Source: Amoebophrya sp. A120
Taxonomy: Eukaryota > Protista > Dinoflagellata
Assembly (NCBI GenBank): GCA_905178155.1
Contig: CAJINV010000005.1
Coordinates: 6,874,580 to 6,938,579, forward strand
DNA: 64,000 nucleotides
Direction: 5' to 3'
Shown here: piece after piece, positions 10,801 to 23,750 of the stretch
How the letters are laid out: each line of letters starts with the position of its first letter
Position numbering within the stretch: position 1 is the stretch's first letter
Position numbers and translations under genes: made by a program
Notes under the pieces: generated by a model
Database searches by the model: none
Told to the model about the DNA's origin: nothing
The model's input: only the letters and a program-made list of their open reading frames with translations

Positions 10801-13800
10801 TGCTGTTTTTTGATGATGCTTTTCATGCGTGCAGTACTTCTATGGCTCGTGCGACGTAATGCCGCCCCGGTAATGAATGCTATTCTTGGAGAAGTGCCTG
10901 ACTGACTCGTCCCTTGCTGTAAAAATAAAGGTAATCAACTCAGGTTCATTCCCTATCGCGATTCAAAGCTGACAAGGATACTCCAAGGATCTCTGGGTGG
11001 CAACAGTTTCACAACCTTACTCGCGTTATGGATTGCAAATATGTCTGGGTCTGGGAGGTGGCTACTTGTCATGGTAAATCTGAAGCATGCAAAAATCTGT
11101 GTTGCATGAGTGCCAAAAGCTGTCCACTTTTGACCAAGTTGGGAGGGAGTTTCTCATGCAGGATAGGCATGGTAGGGACCTCACAGAGTCTGTCATGCTA
11201 AGTCCCGCATTCCAGATCTCATAGGTCATGGAAAATCTGCATGACAAGTTTCCACTCTTCCAGACCCAGACATTTTTGCGCTTGAAACGCGTGTGTGCAC
11301 CCCGGAGCAGACAACTATGAGGAGTCGGTATAATTGATGTAGAATGATGAAGTGGTTTCCTCGGAGAAGATGTTCCTGATCGCGCTTTGTCAGCATGCGA
11401 AATCAACTTTGTCATGCGGGTATGCGCAATACAATAATACAATATTCAGGTAAACACCCTGATGTTTGCCGACCGGTGTCGCTACATGGAAAACAAGCCG
11501 GTTGTCAACTACCTCTCCGACCCAGCAGGGAAATCGAACGACCGCAAGGTAAAAAGGTTGCTGGCGGAAATCGCGGACCTGAAATCCCAACTCGACATCA
11601 GCAAAGCCACCAACGAGCATATGCAATACAAATTTTCCGCGCATGTACAAAAAAATGCATCACAAATTCCGCTAATTTGGAAGATCAAAAATTTGTCCTG
11701 CTGACTACAGACTAGAGGCAACTTTTGTTTTGCAGAAACAGCATTTTTACTTGTCCGGGAAAAAAGTTACTGTGGATAGATAAGCGAGCGGCGTTTGTGA
11801 ACGAGCAATTGGGCACGGGCGGGATGCCCGACTACCTGAAAGGCCTTGCTTCCGAAGCCGACGCGACGAAGAAAGCGAAGCAAGATTTAGAGAACGCACA
11901 AAGACTCGCGGCACAGAAGCTGGCCGAAGAGAAGGCGAAGGCGGAGGCCGCGGAAAAGAAGGCCCAAGAGGCTCTGAACGCGTTTGGGAATGCGAGGAAA
12001 GAGATGCAGGAAAGGGATGAGAAAAGGAGAAGGGAAATGTATTACAATGAAAAATGCCCCCGCCCCGGAACTTGGCAGCATTTGTATTCCCAACCTTTCT
12101 AATGGAAACATTTCCCGTCTTGCATATATCAGCATCACAAATTTTCCATGCTGAATAGCTCAAGTCTATGTTGCAGAGGAGCCCAACAGTAGCCAAATCT
12201 GTTATGCAAAAGATACCTTGCGCACCTAGGGTCTGCATCAGAAAGGCTCAACATAGTCCTTTCAAGCAAGACAAAAAGCGTTCATTTGGAAACTTTGCAT
12301 GACAAGCTTTAGCAAACTCCGGGGCGGGGGCAGTTTTCATTGTAATAAAATGCTGGAGATGCGGGATAAAATGCTGGCAATGGAGAAGGAGCTGGACCAA
12401 CAAAAGAAGAACTACGAGAAACTGATTGCAGAGGTAGTTTTAGAAGTTAGACTTGTTTAGCAGCTGCTTTGTGTCATGCGCAACATGCAGTACGATGATA
12501 AAGTTTGTCTTGCAAGAACTGCAAAAGCAAATGCGCATCAATTATCAGACCGCCGCCCAGAACAAGGAAGAGTTGGAGCATTGGAAGGATCAGGTGAAAA
12601 AGCTGATCAACACTAAGGACGACCTAATCATGCGCGTTCCCGACTTGCTAAAAGACTCTGCACTGCTCCTCGAGACGAAGCAGCAGACGTGGAAAGATCA
12701 GAACAAGGCACTGCATATGCATCGGAAATGTGTCTGGGTCTGGAAGGTTGCAACAACTTGTCATGCTAGATCTGAATCATGCAAAAAATCTGTGTTGCGT
12801 GATTACTAACAGCCGTCCTTTTTTACCAAGTTGAGAGGCAATTTCTCATGCAGGATAGGCATGATAGAGATCTCACAGAGTTTGTCATGCTAGGTGCTGC
12901 ATTCCAGCCCTCATGGGTCATGGAAAACCTGCGTCGCAAAGTTGCCAACATGCTTCCAGACCCAGATCGATATTTGCATTTGATACTGCACGACAGGCAC
13001 AAGCACCAGCTGCACGCGTTGAAGGATTCCCACGAGAGCGAGGCAACAAGTATCCTGTGCAAAAGTATCGTACTCGTAGTGATTGCATTTATGCATTGCA
13101 AATCCCTTTCTTAAGCTGAAACAGCATGACAAAGCCCATTTGTAATGCTGAGCTAATTTGTATTGCAAAACTACGAGCTCGAGCACGATGCTTTTGCAAT
13201 TGATAACCAGTATCGTGAAGCAATACAAGTACTTTCTGCAGGAGAAGGAGAATGAAACAGAGGAGTTGGTAAAGTCTTTCAACGAATACTACGAGAAGAA
13301 AAAGCGGGAACAGGCGGAATATGAAGAGGAAATGCTGGCGTTATACGAGTTGATCCAGCAACTCTCCAGAATTTGTCACGACATGGAGACCGGGCAATAC
13401 CCTGTGTGTTACCGATTAGGATTTATCAAATGCAAAAATGTCTGGGTCTGGAACAAAGCAACTTGTCATGCTATATCTGAATCATGTAAAAATCTGTGTT
13501 GCAGCATGATCACCAAAAGCTGTCCACTTTTGACCTAATCGAGAGGCAGTTTCTTATGCAGGATAGGCATGATAGAACTCTCACGGGATCTGTCATGCGG
13601 TGTCCTACATACCAGACCTCATGGGTCATGGAAAACCTGCATGACAAGTCTGGCACTCTTCCAGACCCAGACATTTTTGCAGTTGATAGGCTTACGGTGT
13701 GTGCAAGTCCCGCCCGGCGTGAAACCGACCTTGCCGTCGAAGGTCCAGAAGGGAGTTGGTGGAAACAACAAATTCGAAAAATTGTTCTCCGCGATAGCAT

Positions 13801-15455
13801 ATCCTTTGCAAAAGTATCGTACTCGTCGTACTAGTCGCAGTCACGCAAGACAAACTTCTTTTTCAAGCTATAATGAACATGAGAAATTCTATTTGTCATG
13901 TTGAGCTTAAATTTGTATTGCAATACTACGAGAACGAGAAGTGCGATACTTTTGCATTGCATATAGCAGAGACGAAGAGGAAAGCGGACAAGTACGAGAA
14001 AATGATGAATTTACGAGGCTTGCAGGAACCAGCAGACGCGAGCAAGCTGACAAACGGTATAAAGATGTTACTAAAATTTTTGTGGCGGTCACACGATTTT
14101 GGTTCGTTTCTGAGTCTATCGCATCATTAATCTATCGCATGATCTGAGCATTTTTTCGTGCAGAAGTGAATCGCATGCAAAATAAGTGGACCATGCGTAT
14201 GAAAAATTGCTGCCCTTGAAGATATGTTCGAAAAAATCCTGTCAGAACCAACTACCGCCGCGAACCAGCCGGACCACAGCACGTCAATGGAAAGCCCATC
14301 GAATAACGACATTCTGTCCAACTGGGACCCAAGAAAATTCACCTCGGATTTCTGCCGAAGTGCGGAGGAAGACAACGTCGACGTGTTGCGGGTGCTGAAC
14401 ATCGACCAGTTGAAGGCTTTATGCGTGTGCCTGAAAAACCGGGCCAACACCGAATTCGACATCCAGGCGGAGAAGCAGGTGGTGCGGGACGAGGTGATAT
14501 TGCAAGGAAAAATCCCCCCTCCCCATATTGAAACCGCGCCCTTCTGAAAATTTGTAATGCAGATCTGTGACCACAAATCGGGTCTGTCTTGCAAGATGGC
14601 GCGCTTAGGCTGTCCGCCACGTTATGCAGGCGATTTGTATTGCTGTAAGGCCTACAGGGTAGCCGTCTACCATGTAGCTAGGCGCCTACGCCAAAAGGCC
14701 CGCGCCTAGGCTCAGGATTTGCGTGCATTCCTCGACTGCAGCACAGATTTGATTTGTGTGTCCAAATCCAGCATCAGAAATTTCGTTTTGATATAGGGAG
14801 GAGGGATTTTTCGTGTTGATAGGTGATGCGGGATCTGTCGTCTCATCCAACGGTGGAATATAACCTGCTCTGGTGTTACAATCTCAAACGTGACAAGAAA
14901 ATCTGGAATTTGTGTTGCAAAATGCGCAACATCTAGCCTACTCCCAAAGGAGCGCGCGTGACAAGTTTCGAAGCCCCAAACCCAATGGGAATCTGACGAC
15001 ATTTGTATTGCGAAAAGCCCAAGTCTCCGTATGGTTTTCATGCTGTTCATGCAAGACAAATTCCAGATTCTATAGTAACGTTTGAGATTGTAACATCTGA
15101 GCAAGCCATATGCAGTACCTACGGTTTTTGGAGACGGAAGTGGACTCGTACAAGCAAAAACTGGCGGACGAGACACTGTATCCTGTGCAAATAAAGTACT
15201 ATGATCGTGCCGCTCGTAATCAATGACCGCAAGGTTGCATGACAAAAGTCGGGCTTTCTACTATACCTGAATTTTTATGATCCGCATGAGAAAATCCATT
15301 TTATCTCTTTCTTCAGAATAAAGTTGTGATGCAATTGTGCCTACTACCGTCACTGTTGTACTAGTACTTTTGCAATGCATACACCGAAAACGAGGAATTT
15401 GAAGGTCGCTCTGTCCAGCTCGCACATCAGCCGGGATGTGCCCTTGGGGAACTGA
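7849..15455 (+). CDS. Kinesin motor protein with coiled-coil tail
   Basis: Motifs across exons: [24 protein letters not shown] (P-loop), [23 protein letters not shown] (switch I), LVDLAGSER (switch II), [31 protein letters not shown]. It has about 14 introners (e.g. 7928-8062, 8173-8390, 8441-8703, 9816-10026, 11027-11287, 12040-12347, 12716-12985, 13051-13205, 13424-13688, 13800-13963, 14498-14821, 14859-15110, 15179-15381) and GT-AG introns (9527-9635, ~10067-10943, 12434-12548). Confidence 0.93.
10090..10773. mobile_element. MITE-like element inside a GT-AG kinesin intron
   Basis: Left end tataatagcgcgttatataa, right end ttatataacacgctaatata (inverted), TA at both ends, subterminal ACAGATG repeats on the left and CATCTGT on the right, GC-richer interior. 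Confidence 0.7.
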
Positions 15456-16724
15456 GGCAAAGACCGGGAACTGAAGACAAGAACGGTTGTTCGTGGGGGC
15501 GGCGGGGTTTGGTCTCGAAAACGAGAGACCAGCGTGAGCTGCTGCTGGCGCTTTTGCAGTTCCTCTACCGTCCAGCACCAGAAGTCGCGCACGTGTTGAT
15601 TGTTCTTGGTGAGCCTGAAAAACTCGAATGCAACAGAAGTTTTTCTGTGGAAGCAACATAGGACAGGAAGCTGGTGCACTTCATCGGTTTCCCAAAGAAC
15701 GATAAGAATACGAAGAAATTTTATGAAACCTGCAACCTAGTAGAGCAAAATGATTCAGATGAAAAACAAACCATTTCCCTAATGTAGGAGAGCAAAATGA
15801 TGATGATCTACTTTCAAACACCAAATTAGTTCAAATTAGAGTACACAACTTATTTGCATATGGATCCACGCGGGGCTTTTTCCATCGAATTGCTCTGTAT
15901 ACAAGATGGAACCCATCGTGCTGGCGACAAATGTCAAATGAAATCAAAGATCTTCAGCAAGTCGTCCACCACAATCCAGATGTAAATCAAGTCGAGTACT
16001 ATCGTTGAAACAAAAGGAAGATCTCGTCTCAACGCAAAAATAATGCCCGTAAATGCACGCACCCAAATGAACAATGGAACAGAAATGGCACTATCTCTGC
16101 CATGCATGTTGATGTGTAAAAACAAGGAATTACTTTGATTTTTCTAAAATGCAACAGGAACAACGACAGCGCCGATTAGATTGATTTCTCAGTCGAAAGG
16201 CTCAATGGATGTAAAAATCGTACAAGCAAGCGCGAAGTGATTGTGTTCCGTACAACGTCGACCAAATAGTGATGAGTATGGTCAGCCTTTTGTAGTAGCT
16301 GCACACTATTGAGAAGATCTCTTGTCGAGTTGCCTCCCAAGATTGCCTTTTATTTTTCGCTCCAATACTACGGCATCTGAATCTGATCTGTAACTGTAAG
16401 TACGGTTATTTTCATCCATTTTAGCGCTCATTTGAAAAAAATTCGTTTGGATGATCGCGACAATCAAGATGACCTTTTGACTCATTGTTTCTTCGTGTTT
16501 GCCACTACTTTCAGAAGTCCGAGTTCTTTTCAAGAAGCCACCGCTATTTTTTTTATCCTCCCGTAGTTTCTTCAGCACCGAAAATACGAGCTGCTCTTCA
16601 CGTTTTAGCAATATTACAACATTTGACAACAACTAGAACTTGATAAAGATTAACAAGACCGCCACCGCGACCTGCTACCACTTCGACGAACGATTGCCCA
16701 TCATGGCCAGTACAATTTCGTCTT

Positions 16725-17830
16725 CGTACCCGGGTCGCCTTCGTCTGCCTGTGAACCAGCGCAGCCCCTCGGCCGGCACGCTGGCAGGCGGCCAGCCCGC
16801 CCGGGTGGAGGGGCAGATGTGTCGCCGGGGCGCGCCATGCCCGTCGGAAAGCGGAAAGCGGCCGCCCCCCGGCACAGGCAAGGGGGCGGGCTGGCGTTGC
16901 TTGCCCAGGCAGAAGGCGGGGGGCTGGGGCGTGGGCAATCTTTGTTGGGCCGTCGCCTGCCAACAGCGAAAGGGGGTGAGAAGGATAGCGGACAGGGCGG
17001 CAGGCCGGGAGCACTCCTGCAAAGGGGTGGGGGCGCAGGGGGTGTGGGGCCGGCGATAGCCCGGACGTGCGAGCGGGCGCGCAGGGCCGGGGGTGCCCGC
17101 GATCATTCAATCTCCCCTAGCCTTGGTTTGCGCCTTGTGTTTGGTCGCCCCCCCTGGCACCGGGGAAAATATTTTCCCCGGTGGAGCGCTGCTCGTGTTT
17201 TACCTCGGCGGCGCCACCATCGGGGAAAATATTTTCCACGGTGGTGCGCTGTGGTCTTTCTTTTGTGTGTGCGTGCGAGAACCGCCGGAGGCCCCGCACC
17301 GGGCGGCCGCCACGGGCGCTGGAGGCGGGGGGGACTGGCACGTCGAACGATGGGGCGTGGCAGCGTCCTCCCGTGGCGGCCGCCCCGGCCGCCCAGGCGG
17401 CGGGCATGCAAGCTAGCATCTGCGGCGCCCGTGTCTGTGGGTTTATTTTGAACATTGTGATGGTGCCGGTGCTTATGAGGCCGCGCCGCCCGGGGCCGCC
17501 GTACCTACGGCGCCAGGCGTAGAACAGCAATCGGCTGCCGCGGTCGCGCCCTTGGTGCGGCGCCAGGGCTAAGGGGGGCACGAGGTGCAGCGCTATGCGC
17601 AACTAGGGCAGGCGGCTCGGGCGTCAAAAAGCGCGACGGCCGTGTCGCGTGTCGTATTTCTCTCGGGCGCCACCAGTCCGGCTGCCGGTGCGGCCATGGT
17701 GCCACACATTCAGGCTGTGGGTTTGGTGGCGGGATTGAGGGCGGTTTAGGAGGGGAGGTGGCGCGCGCGCGATGGTGATGCGTGGCCGTGTTGCCGGGGG
17801 CAAAGCGAAAAAATTACATGCAAAACGCGC
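16725..17830. other. GC-rich segment between two copies of a ~45-bp sequence, containing two palindromes
   Basis: Abrupt GC increase; taccacttcgRcgaacgattgcccatcatggccagtacaatt at ~16676 and ~17895; perfect 26-bp palindrome at 17158-17183 and an imperfect copy 60 bp later. Confidence 0.55.
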
Positions 17831-17920
17831 TTGGTATCTGTTGACTTTGTTCTTGTATTCCTTTGCGCTATTTCCGGAAAAACAACACCTACATACCACT
17901 TCGGCGAACGATTGCCCATC

Positions 17921-19774
17921 ATGGCCAGTACAATTACGCAGAAACAAGGCGGAAAAATTCTTGCCGCTCCACCTGCCATGTCCAACCCTTTTCTGCCTGC
18001 GACAAGGACAACCACGACCGGCAAGAGCGTCACTAAAACGGCGGGTAGTTCCACCACCAACACCATCTCCGGTGACATGGCCAGTCTGTTTCGGAAAAAC
18101 CACGAGAAGAACAAGAAAAAGTTAGTTGTGTTGCCCGGAAGACAGGCCTTGCCGAATTACGCGGAAAAGCAAAAGAAACTGTTCGGCGGAGGTAGTGGAA
18201 CTACTGGTACTGCGGGGGTCGTGTCCTCGGCGATGAATCTCAAAAACACGACCGCGCCTTCTGGCAAGGACAATTTGCACAGCAAGTTGAGCGACAATCC
18301 GTTTCACCAGCGGCTGCTGGCCCAGCAGGCGCAGCAGGCACAGCAGGCACAGCAGGCACAGCGACAGCAAAGCGGAACAAGCGGAGCAATGAACAGTAAG
18401 ACCCAGCAAAAGCAGCTCTTCTCGGGCGGGCAAACTGCTGTTGGCGGAGGTGCACAAGGTGGTTTGTTGCAAAAAATCACATCGACTTTGCAGAAGAGCA
18501 AGGAAATGAAGCAAGTAAACCCCGCGATGAAAATCATGCCAACGCAAAGGACGGCGAAGGAGCAGAAGATGGGCTGGGGCAACATGAAGTTCGGCGACAA
18601 AATCGGCGCTCCCCCGGGGAAGAAGGATATTAAGAGTGGTGGGGATCATGGAGGTTCTCCAAGGCAGCAGGAAGGGAACGCCGGGACTAAAAATGGCGTG
18701 AATAATAAAGCGCAGAACAACAAACGTGGCGCTGCGACGGGCGGGACTGGCGATCATGCAGGAGATAATGGGCAGAGTGGTAGTAAAAAGCAGAAGAAAA
18801 TTTACGGTACGCAGAGAATTCCTGGTCTGGAGCCCCAAGATGGGACGAGCAATAATGTTAAGCGTACTATGCCGCCCCCGCCCCCGCCAATGAAGTCTAT
18901 GCCCCCGCCCATGAAGTCAATGATTAATGCGCCTTTGTTGAAAAAACTCCCCGAACAAGCCATGAAACAAAAAGGAGCAGCTTCTTTGTTCACCGCAGCT
19001 CCTACTTCGAACAAGAATTCATCTCCGACGTCCAAAAACCTCCCCGCATCAACTGCGCCGCCGCCCTTGGTTCCGCTGCCGAAGGGGGTGAAGTTGGGCT
19101 CTGCTCTTTCTTCGCCGATCCGGGCGCCGAAACACGAAGATGGCGCGACTGAAGAGATGATTGTGGACGTCGGTGATGATGTTGGTACTGCAACTACTCC
19201 CGATGGTAGTACAACCGTTCCGACCAACAACCCATTTCTCCAACCAGATCCGCTCATGGCCCTACTGGGGTTTGAAGATCATGCGGTGAATGATAATAAA
19301 CCCACAACAAGCGCCGGCGGAGGTGCACCGGCGGCGACCAGCACGACTGGTCCATCGAAGATGAATATCAAGAGTAACAACACCGTTGGCAACAGCACAA
19401 CTAAAGCCACTGATAATTCTACTGCTAGTACAACACAGACGACCGGGACGACCCACAAGCTCCGGCCCCTGCCCCAGTCTGTGCAAGCCGGGGCTCTGAT
19501 TGAAACGCCGAAAGCGAAGCCGGCCGTGCTGGCGTCTACTGTGGCGTTAAACAATCCGTTTGCGACTAGTCTGGACGTCGGGAGTTTATTTTCGGGTGTG
19601 ACGAAGGCGAGTACGAGCGGCGCCGGAACTTCTACCACCGGTGGAAACAACATTGCCGCGAATAAAAAAGTGATGAAGTCGAATAATAAGAACAAGAATG
19701 GTGCGATGATCTCCCAAGGACATAACGGAGCTTTACCTGCTGGGAATTATGGGAGTAGAATATGCTCCGCGTAG
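17921..19774 (+). CDS. Long low-complexity (K/Q/G/T/P-rich) exon, probably an N-terminal extension of the Tpt1 gene
   Basis: Uninterrupted ORF 17831-19774 with ATG at 17921; the splice link to the 20135 exon is not resolved. Confidence 0.6.
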   Translation: MASTITQKQGGKILAAPPAMSNPFLPATRTTTTGKSVTKTAGSSTTNTISGDMASLFRKNHEKNKKKLVVLPGRQALPNYAEKQKKLFGGGSGTTGTAGVVSSAMNLKNTTAPSGKDNLHSKLSDNPFHQRLLAQQAQQAQQAQQAQRQQSGTSGAMNSKTQQKQLFSGGQTAVGGGAQGGLLQKITSTLQKSKEMKQVNPAMKIMPTQRTAKEQKMGWGNMKFGDKIGAPPGKKDIKSGGDHGGSPRQQEGNAGTKNGVNNKAQNNKRGAATGGTGDHAGDNGQSGSKKQKKIYGTQRIPGLEPQDGTSNNVKRTMPPPPPPMKSMPPPMKSMINAPLLKKLPEQAMKQKGAASLFTAAPTSNKNSSPTSKNLPASTAPPPLVPLPKGVKLGSALSSPIRAPKHEDGATEEMIVDVGDDVGTATTPDGSTTVPTNNPFLQPDPLMALLGFEDHAVNDNKPTTSAGGGAPAATSTTGPSKMNIKSNNTVGNSTTKATDNSTASTTQTTGTTHKLRPLPQSVQAGALIETPKAKPAVLASTVALNNPFATSLDVGSLFSGVTKASTSGAGTSTTGGNNIAANKKVMKSNNKNKNGAMISQGHNGALPAGNYGSRICSA

Positions 19775-20134
19775 CCGATTCTTGCTCTTCAATCTCAACA
19801 CGTTTTTAATATTTTTCAGCCTGCTTGTGTGGACGAAGTAGAAGTACATCATTATGTCAAAGTGCAAGACCTGCTACATTTTTTTTTGGCCTTGTGTCGA
19901 TCCTGCAGATGCATGAAGAACACGGCGCTGCCGTTACCAGCTGTAAGAAAGATTGTCAGCAGTTGCATCTTGCAAAACGATCAATCTGGTGGCCTAGTAC
20001 CAGCAGTTGTGCTCCTAGAATAAGAACGGCATCACTACAGGCAGAAAAAATATCGTAAAACAAAAGTTGCGACGATCGAAGTTGTTTTTCCTCTCCACAC
20101 CCCCCTCCAACCACTTCCCTCTTCCCGTCGCGAG

Positions 20135-22197
20135 GATCTTAACTTGCTGCCTGCTTGGCATATGCATTGCAAATATGTCTGGGTCTGGGAGGATCCAAAC
20201 TTGTCATGCTATTTTTGGACTCTAAAAAAATCTGTGTTGCATGGCCAGCAATTGGACTCCAGTTTTTGCCACTCGGACAGGGCATTTATCATGCAGGATA
20301 GGCATCAAGAAGCACTCAGAAAATCTGTGATGCTAACATACATCACAGACGTCATGGGACATGTAAGGCGTGCATGACAAATCGCACATTCTTCCAGACC
20401 CAGACACTTTTGCAGTTCATATGGCAGAAAACGAAACTATCGAAAGCGTTAGCATATCTGCTCCGGCACGGGAAGGACAGCGATATTGTGCTCGACAGCG
20501 ACGTATGAACTGCAAATGTGTCTGGGTCTGGAAGCCTGTAAACTTGTCATGCACGTTTTCCATGACTCCTGAGGTCTGGAATGCGGATCCTAGCATGACA
20601 GAGTCTGCGAGGTCTCTGTCATGCCCATCCTGCATGAGCAACTCCCCCCCAACTTGGTCGAAAGTGGACAGCTTTTGGTACTCATGCAAGACAGATATTT
20701 GCATGCTTCGGATTTAGCATGACAAGTTGCAATCTTGCAGACCCAGACATATTTGCAATCCATACGACGGTTTTGCGGAAGCGACAGACGTATTAGAAAC
20801 GAAAGAGTTTAAGAAGACATTGGGTTTGAATAACGACGACGAGAAAAATAATATGGCGAAACAAGGAAAAAAGACGAAGGCAAACAAAGGTAGTTGTACC
20901 AGTAAGATGAATTCTCACCAGGCTAGGGGTAGTGCGGGCAGTGACTTCGGCCTTCGGGTGTTGCGGCACTTGGTAGAAGCAGACAACAAGGGCAGGTTTT
21001 TGATCAAGGAACTACATGAGACTGATTTTAGCACCTCCGGCGACAGCACTCCTTCCTTCAAAATCCGCGCCAACCAGGGCCACAGCGAACAGTATCAAAT
21101 GTAAAAATGTCTGGGTCTGGAAATTTGTGATGCTGTGTGGCATATCATGAGGAGGCCACAATTACTGGCTCAGCATGACAAGTTTCTGAGCTTCTAGGTG
21201 TTGCCTATTCTGCATGACAAACTACGTTTCTGCATGACAGAAAAGTGGGGCTCTTTCGTAATGTGCGTGACAGATTTAAGAGTCATGCCAGACAAGCATG
21301 ACAAACTTGCATTTTTCAAGACCCAGACATTTTTGCAATTGATAAGCAGCGACAGGTGACGATTACGGATAACCGGCAAATTTTGCCCGATCAAGATGAA
21401 TTCTCCGGCGAATTTGACACTGTGATCCACGTATGCAATGCAAAAGCATCGCACCAGTATAAATTGCATCACAAATTAGCCCCGCATTGCAAGTTGAATT
21501 TGTAATGCTGAGTCACCTTCAGAAAAAGATTTGTAATGCATAAACGCAATCACTACGAATACGATACTTTTGCACAGGATACCACGGCACGACGTTTGCG
21601 AATTGGGAGAAAATCAAAGACTCTGGGGAATTGAGAAAAATGAACAGAACGCACATCCACTTTGCGAAAGGGGAACAAGCTTCATCATCTGGCGACGTTG
21701 CAAGTAAACAAGCTGTATCGGGAATTCGGAGTAACGCGGAAGTTTTGCTCTACGTCGACATATTCGCCGCGATGCGCGAGACGGAACTGCGAGAGTTAGC
21801 GGGAATGAGCACGAGTGGTTCACCTGGAGGTGCGTACTGTGGTCTGAAATTTGAGGAAAGCGCGAACTCTGTAGTTTTGTGTAGCGGTCCGGTGCCCTTG
21901 GAGTTTGTGACGAGAGTGGTCGACGCGAAGACTGGGGTGGAGCTGGAGAAGAACGATGTTGTCTCTTCTGCAGGACCACGGGGCGCTGCTAATGAACAAG
22001 AGAATCATTATCATAGTAGTATTGCCGCTTCTGCGCAAGAGAAGATGAACATTAAGACCAGCAACAAGCGCGTGGCTCCTTCTCCTGGCGGCACGGATGA
22101 TGATGAAGGCGATGATGAAACAGGAGCGACCTCCTGCATTGGTCTTGGTGGCAGCAAAAGTCCGGAACTCAAGAAACCAAAATCAGGACAGAATTAA
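20135..22197 (+). CDS. TPT1: tRNA 2'-phosphotransferase (Tpt1/KptA family) domain exons
   Basis: After removing introners 20161-20421, 20504-20764, 21093-21344 and 21432-21581: SKALAYLLRH, DGF, DNKGRF, IRANQGHS, IHGT, MNRTHIHFA, SGIRSNAEVLLYVD, SANSVVL. Confidence 0.9.
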
Positions 22198-23232
22198 AGA
22201 TTTTTGCTGTGTGGTGCTCCTGGTGAAAAATAGAAATCTTTGTGAGCTACATCAAACTGATTGCTTCTACTACTAGTAGAAGTGTACCTCTTCATCTAGA
22301 ACTTCACTTCTACGACAGATTACCTTTACCTATCTGTCTCGCCGTAAAAAACTGAATGTCTCGTCGTCCACCAATTACCAAATCATCGATGACGAGAACA
22401 AACCTACTCCGACCAAAAAAAGAATAAATTATATAAAAATCAAAAAGAAAATGCGGCACAAACAAAAGTAGCTGCTGCTTTGGCCCTTTTGCTATGCGAC
22501 GTGGCTGTGACTGTGCACCACCATAGCATGATCAGCAGGCATTCCATATCTATTCTTTGTGTTCGATAATTTCTGCGTACCTGCCAGGGCGAGAACTTCT
22601 CATCAACCCGCTACTAGGACAACGAACCCGAATCCTAAAGTCGCACAAGGAAGAAATAAAAGCAGTAGATCAATTCTATTCTGGATGAAGATTGAGATGC
22701 TGGCGCACGAACCAACACAAGAAAAAGCATTCAAGGTATAAAAGCACGAGCGTACTATTGGTGCCTCTACCTGGTGGAAATATCGGCCACCACCGGTTCA
22801 TCGCATTGAGGCTGCTCACCAGGTGGAGAGGAATTTCTAAAGGAGTGGGCACTGACAGCTCTGTACTGATTGATTCAGTCTCTTGCTTTTGACTTACTTG
22901 ATTTGAATTTGTGACATGCATGCTTTTTGTTTTTATCGCAGCGACATTTTTTCTGGCCTGCGGGTCAATGAACCTATGCTTCGGTATGACTTCTATTTCC
23001 TGCTTGCAATCATGTTCATGGTCACATTCGCAGTCACATTCATTAGATGAGGCGTCCTCTACTACCTTTGCGCATGATTTTTCGTGGTTCTCCTTTACTC
23101 TAAACAATGAACCAAGATGGCACAACATGCGGAAGATAGGATGAGCGTACCCTCGGCGCCGTCTCCACGACTGCACGGGGCTAGAAGAGTCAGATAGCAC
23201 CCGGTCGTGCTGGAGCGTATTACCAAGTACAA

Positions 23233-23484
23233 TACGGAGTGTAAAAATGTCTGGGTCTGGAAGAATGCATGTTTGTCATGCTTATCTGGCATGACTCTCA
23301 AATCTGTCATGCACGTTACCCAAGAGCGCCATTTTTCTGTCATTCAGAAACGCAGTGTGTCATGCGGAATAGACAGCACCTAGAAGCTCAGAATCTTGTC
23401 ATGCTGAGCCAGCACTTGTGGCCTCCTCATGGTACGCCCCCCAGCATCACAAGTTTCCAGACCCAGACATATTTGCACTTGATA
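23233..23484 (+). mobile_element. Introner outside any assigned CDS
   Basis: Subtype-1 copy with direct repeat TACAA. Confidence 0.88.
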
Positions 23485-23750
23485 TACAACCAGCGGCGCG
23501 GCTCCCGTCTGCAGGAGAGTCAGTCGTCTTAGGACCGACGTCAGCGCCACGATTAAGATTACATCTGCATCCACAGTAATATCAGCGCGGCGTCGTATAG
23601 AAGTAGCGTGCAGATTTTTGCTATAGGACAAACATCGGTGTGCGTGTGCGACCACCTCACAAGGAGCGGATAGGCACAACATCACGCACAGCGACCTCCT
23701 GCTCTAAGAACGGGCACAAAAAAAACACAGCACCACAGCCAGACCACATC

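Noticed and set aside
16598-17602. Many overlapping Arg/Gly/Pro-rich ORFs
   Set aside because: Expected from very high GC content; no domain or consistent frame.
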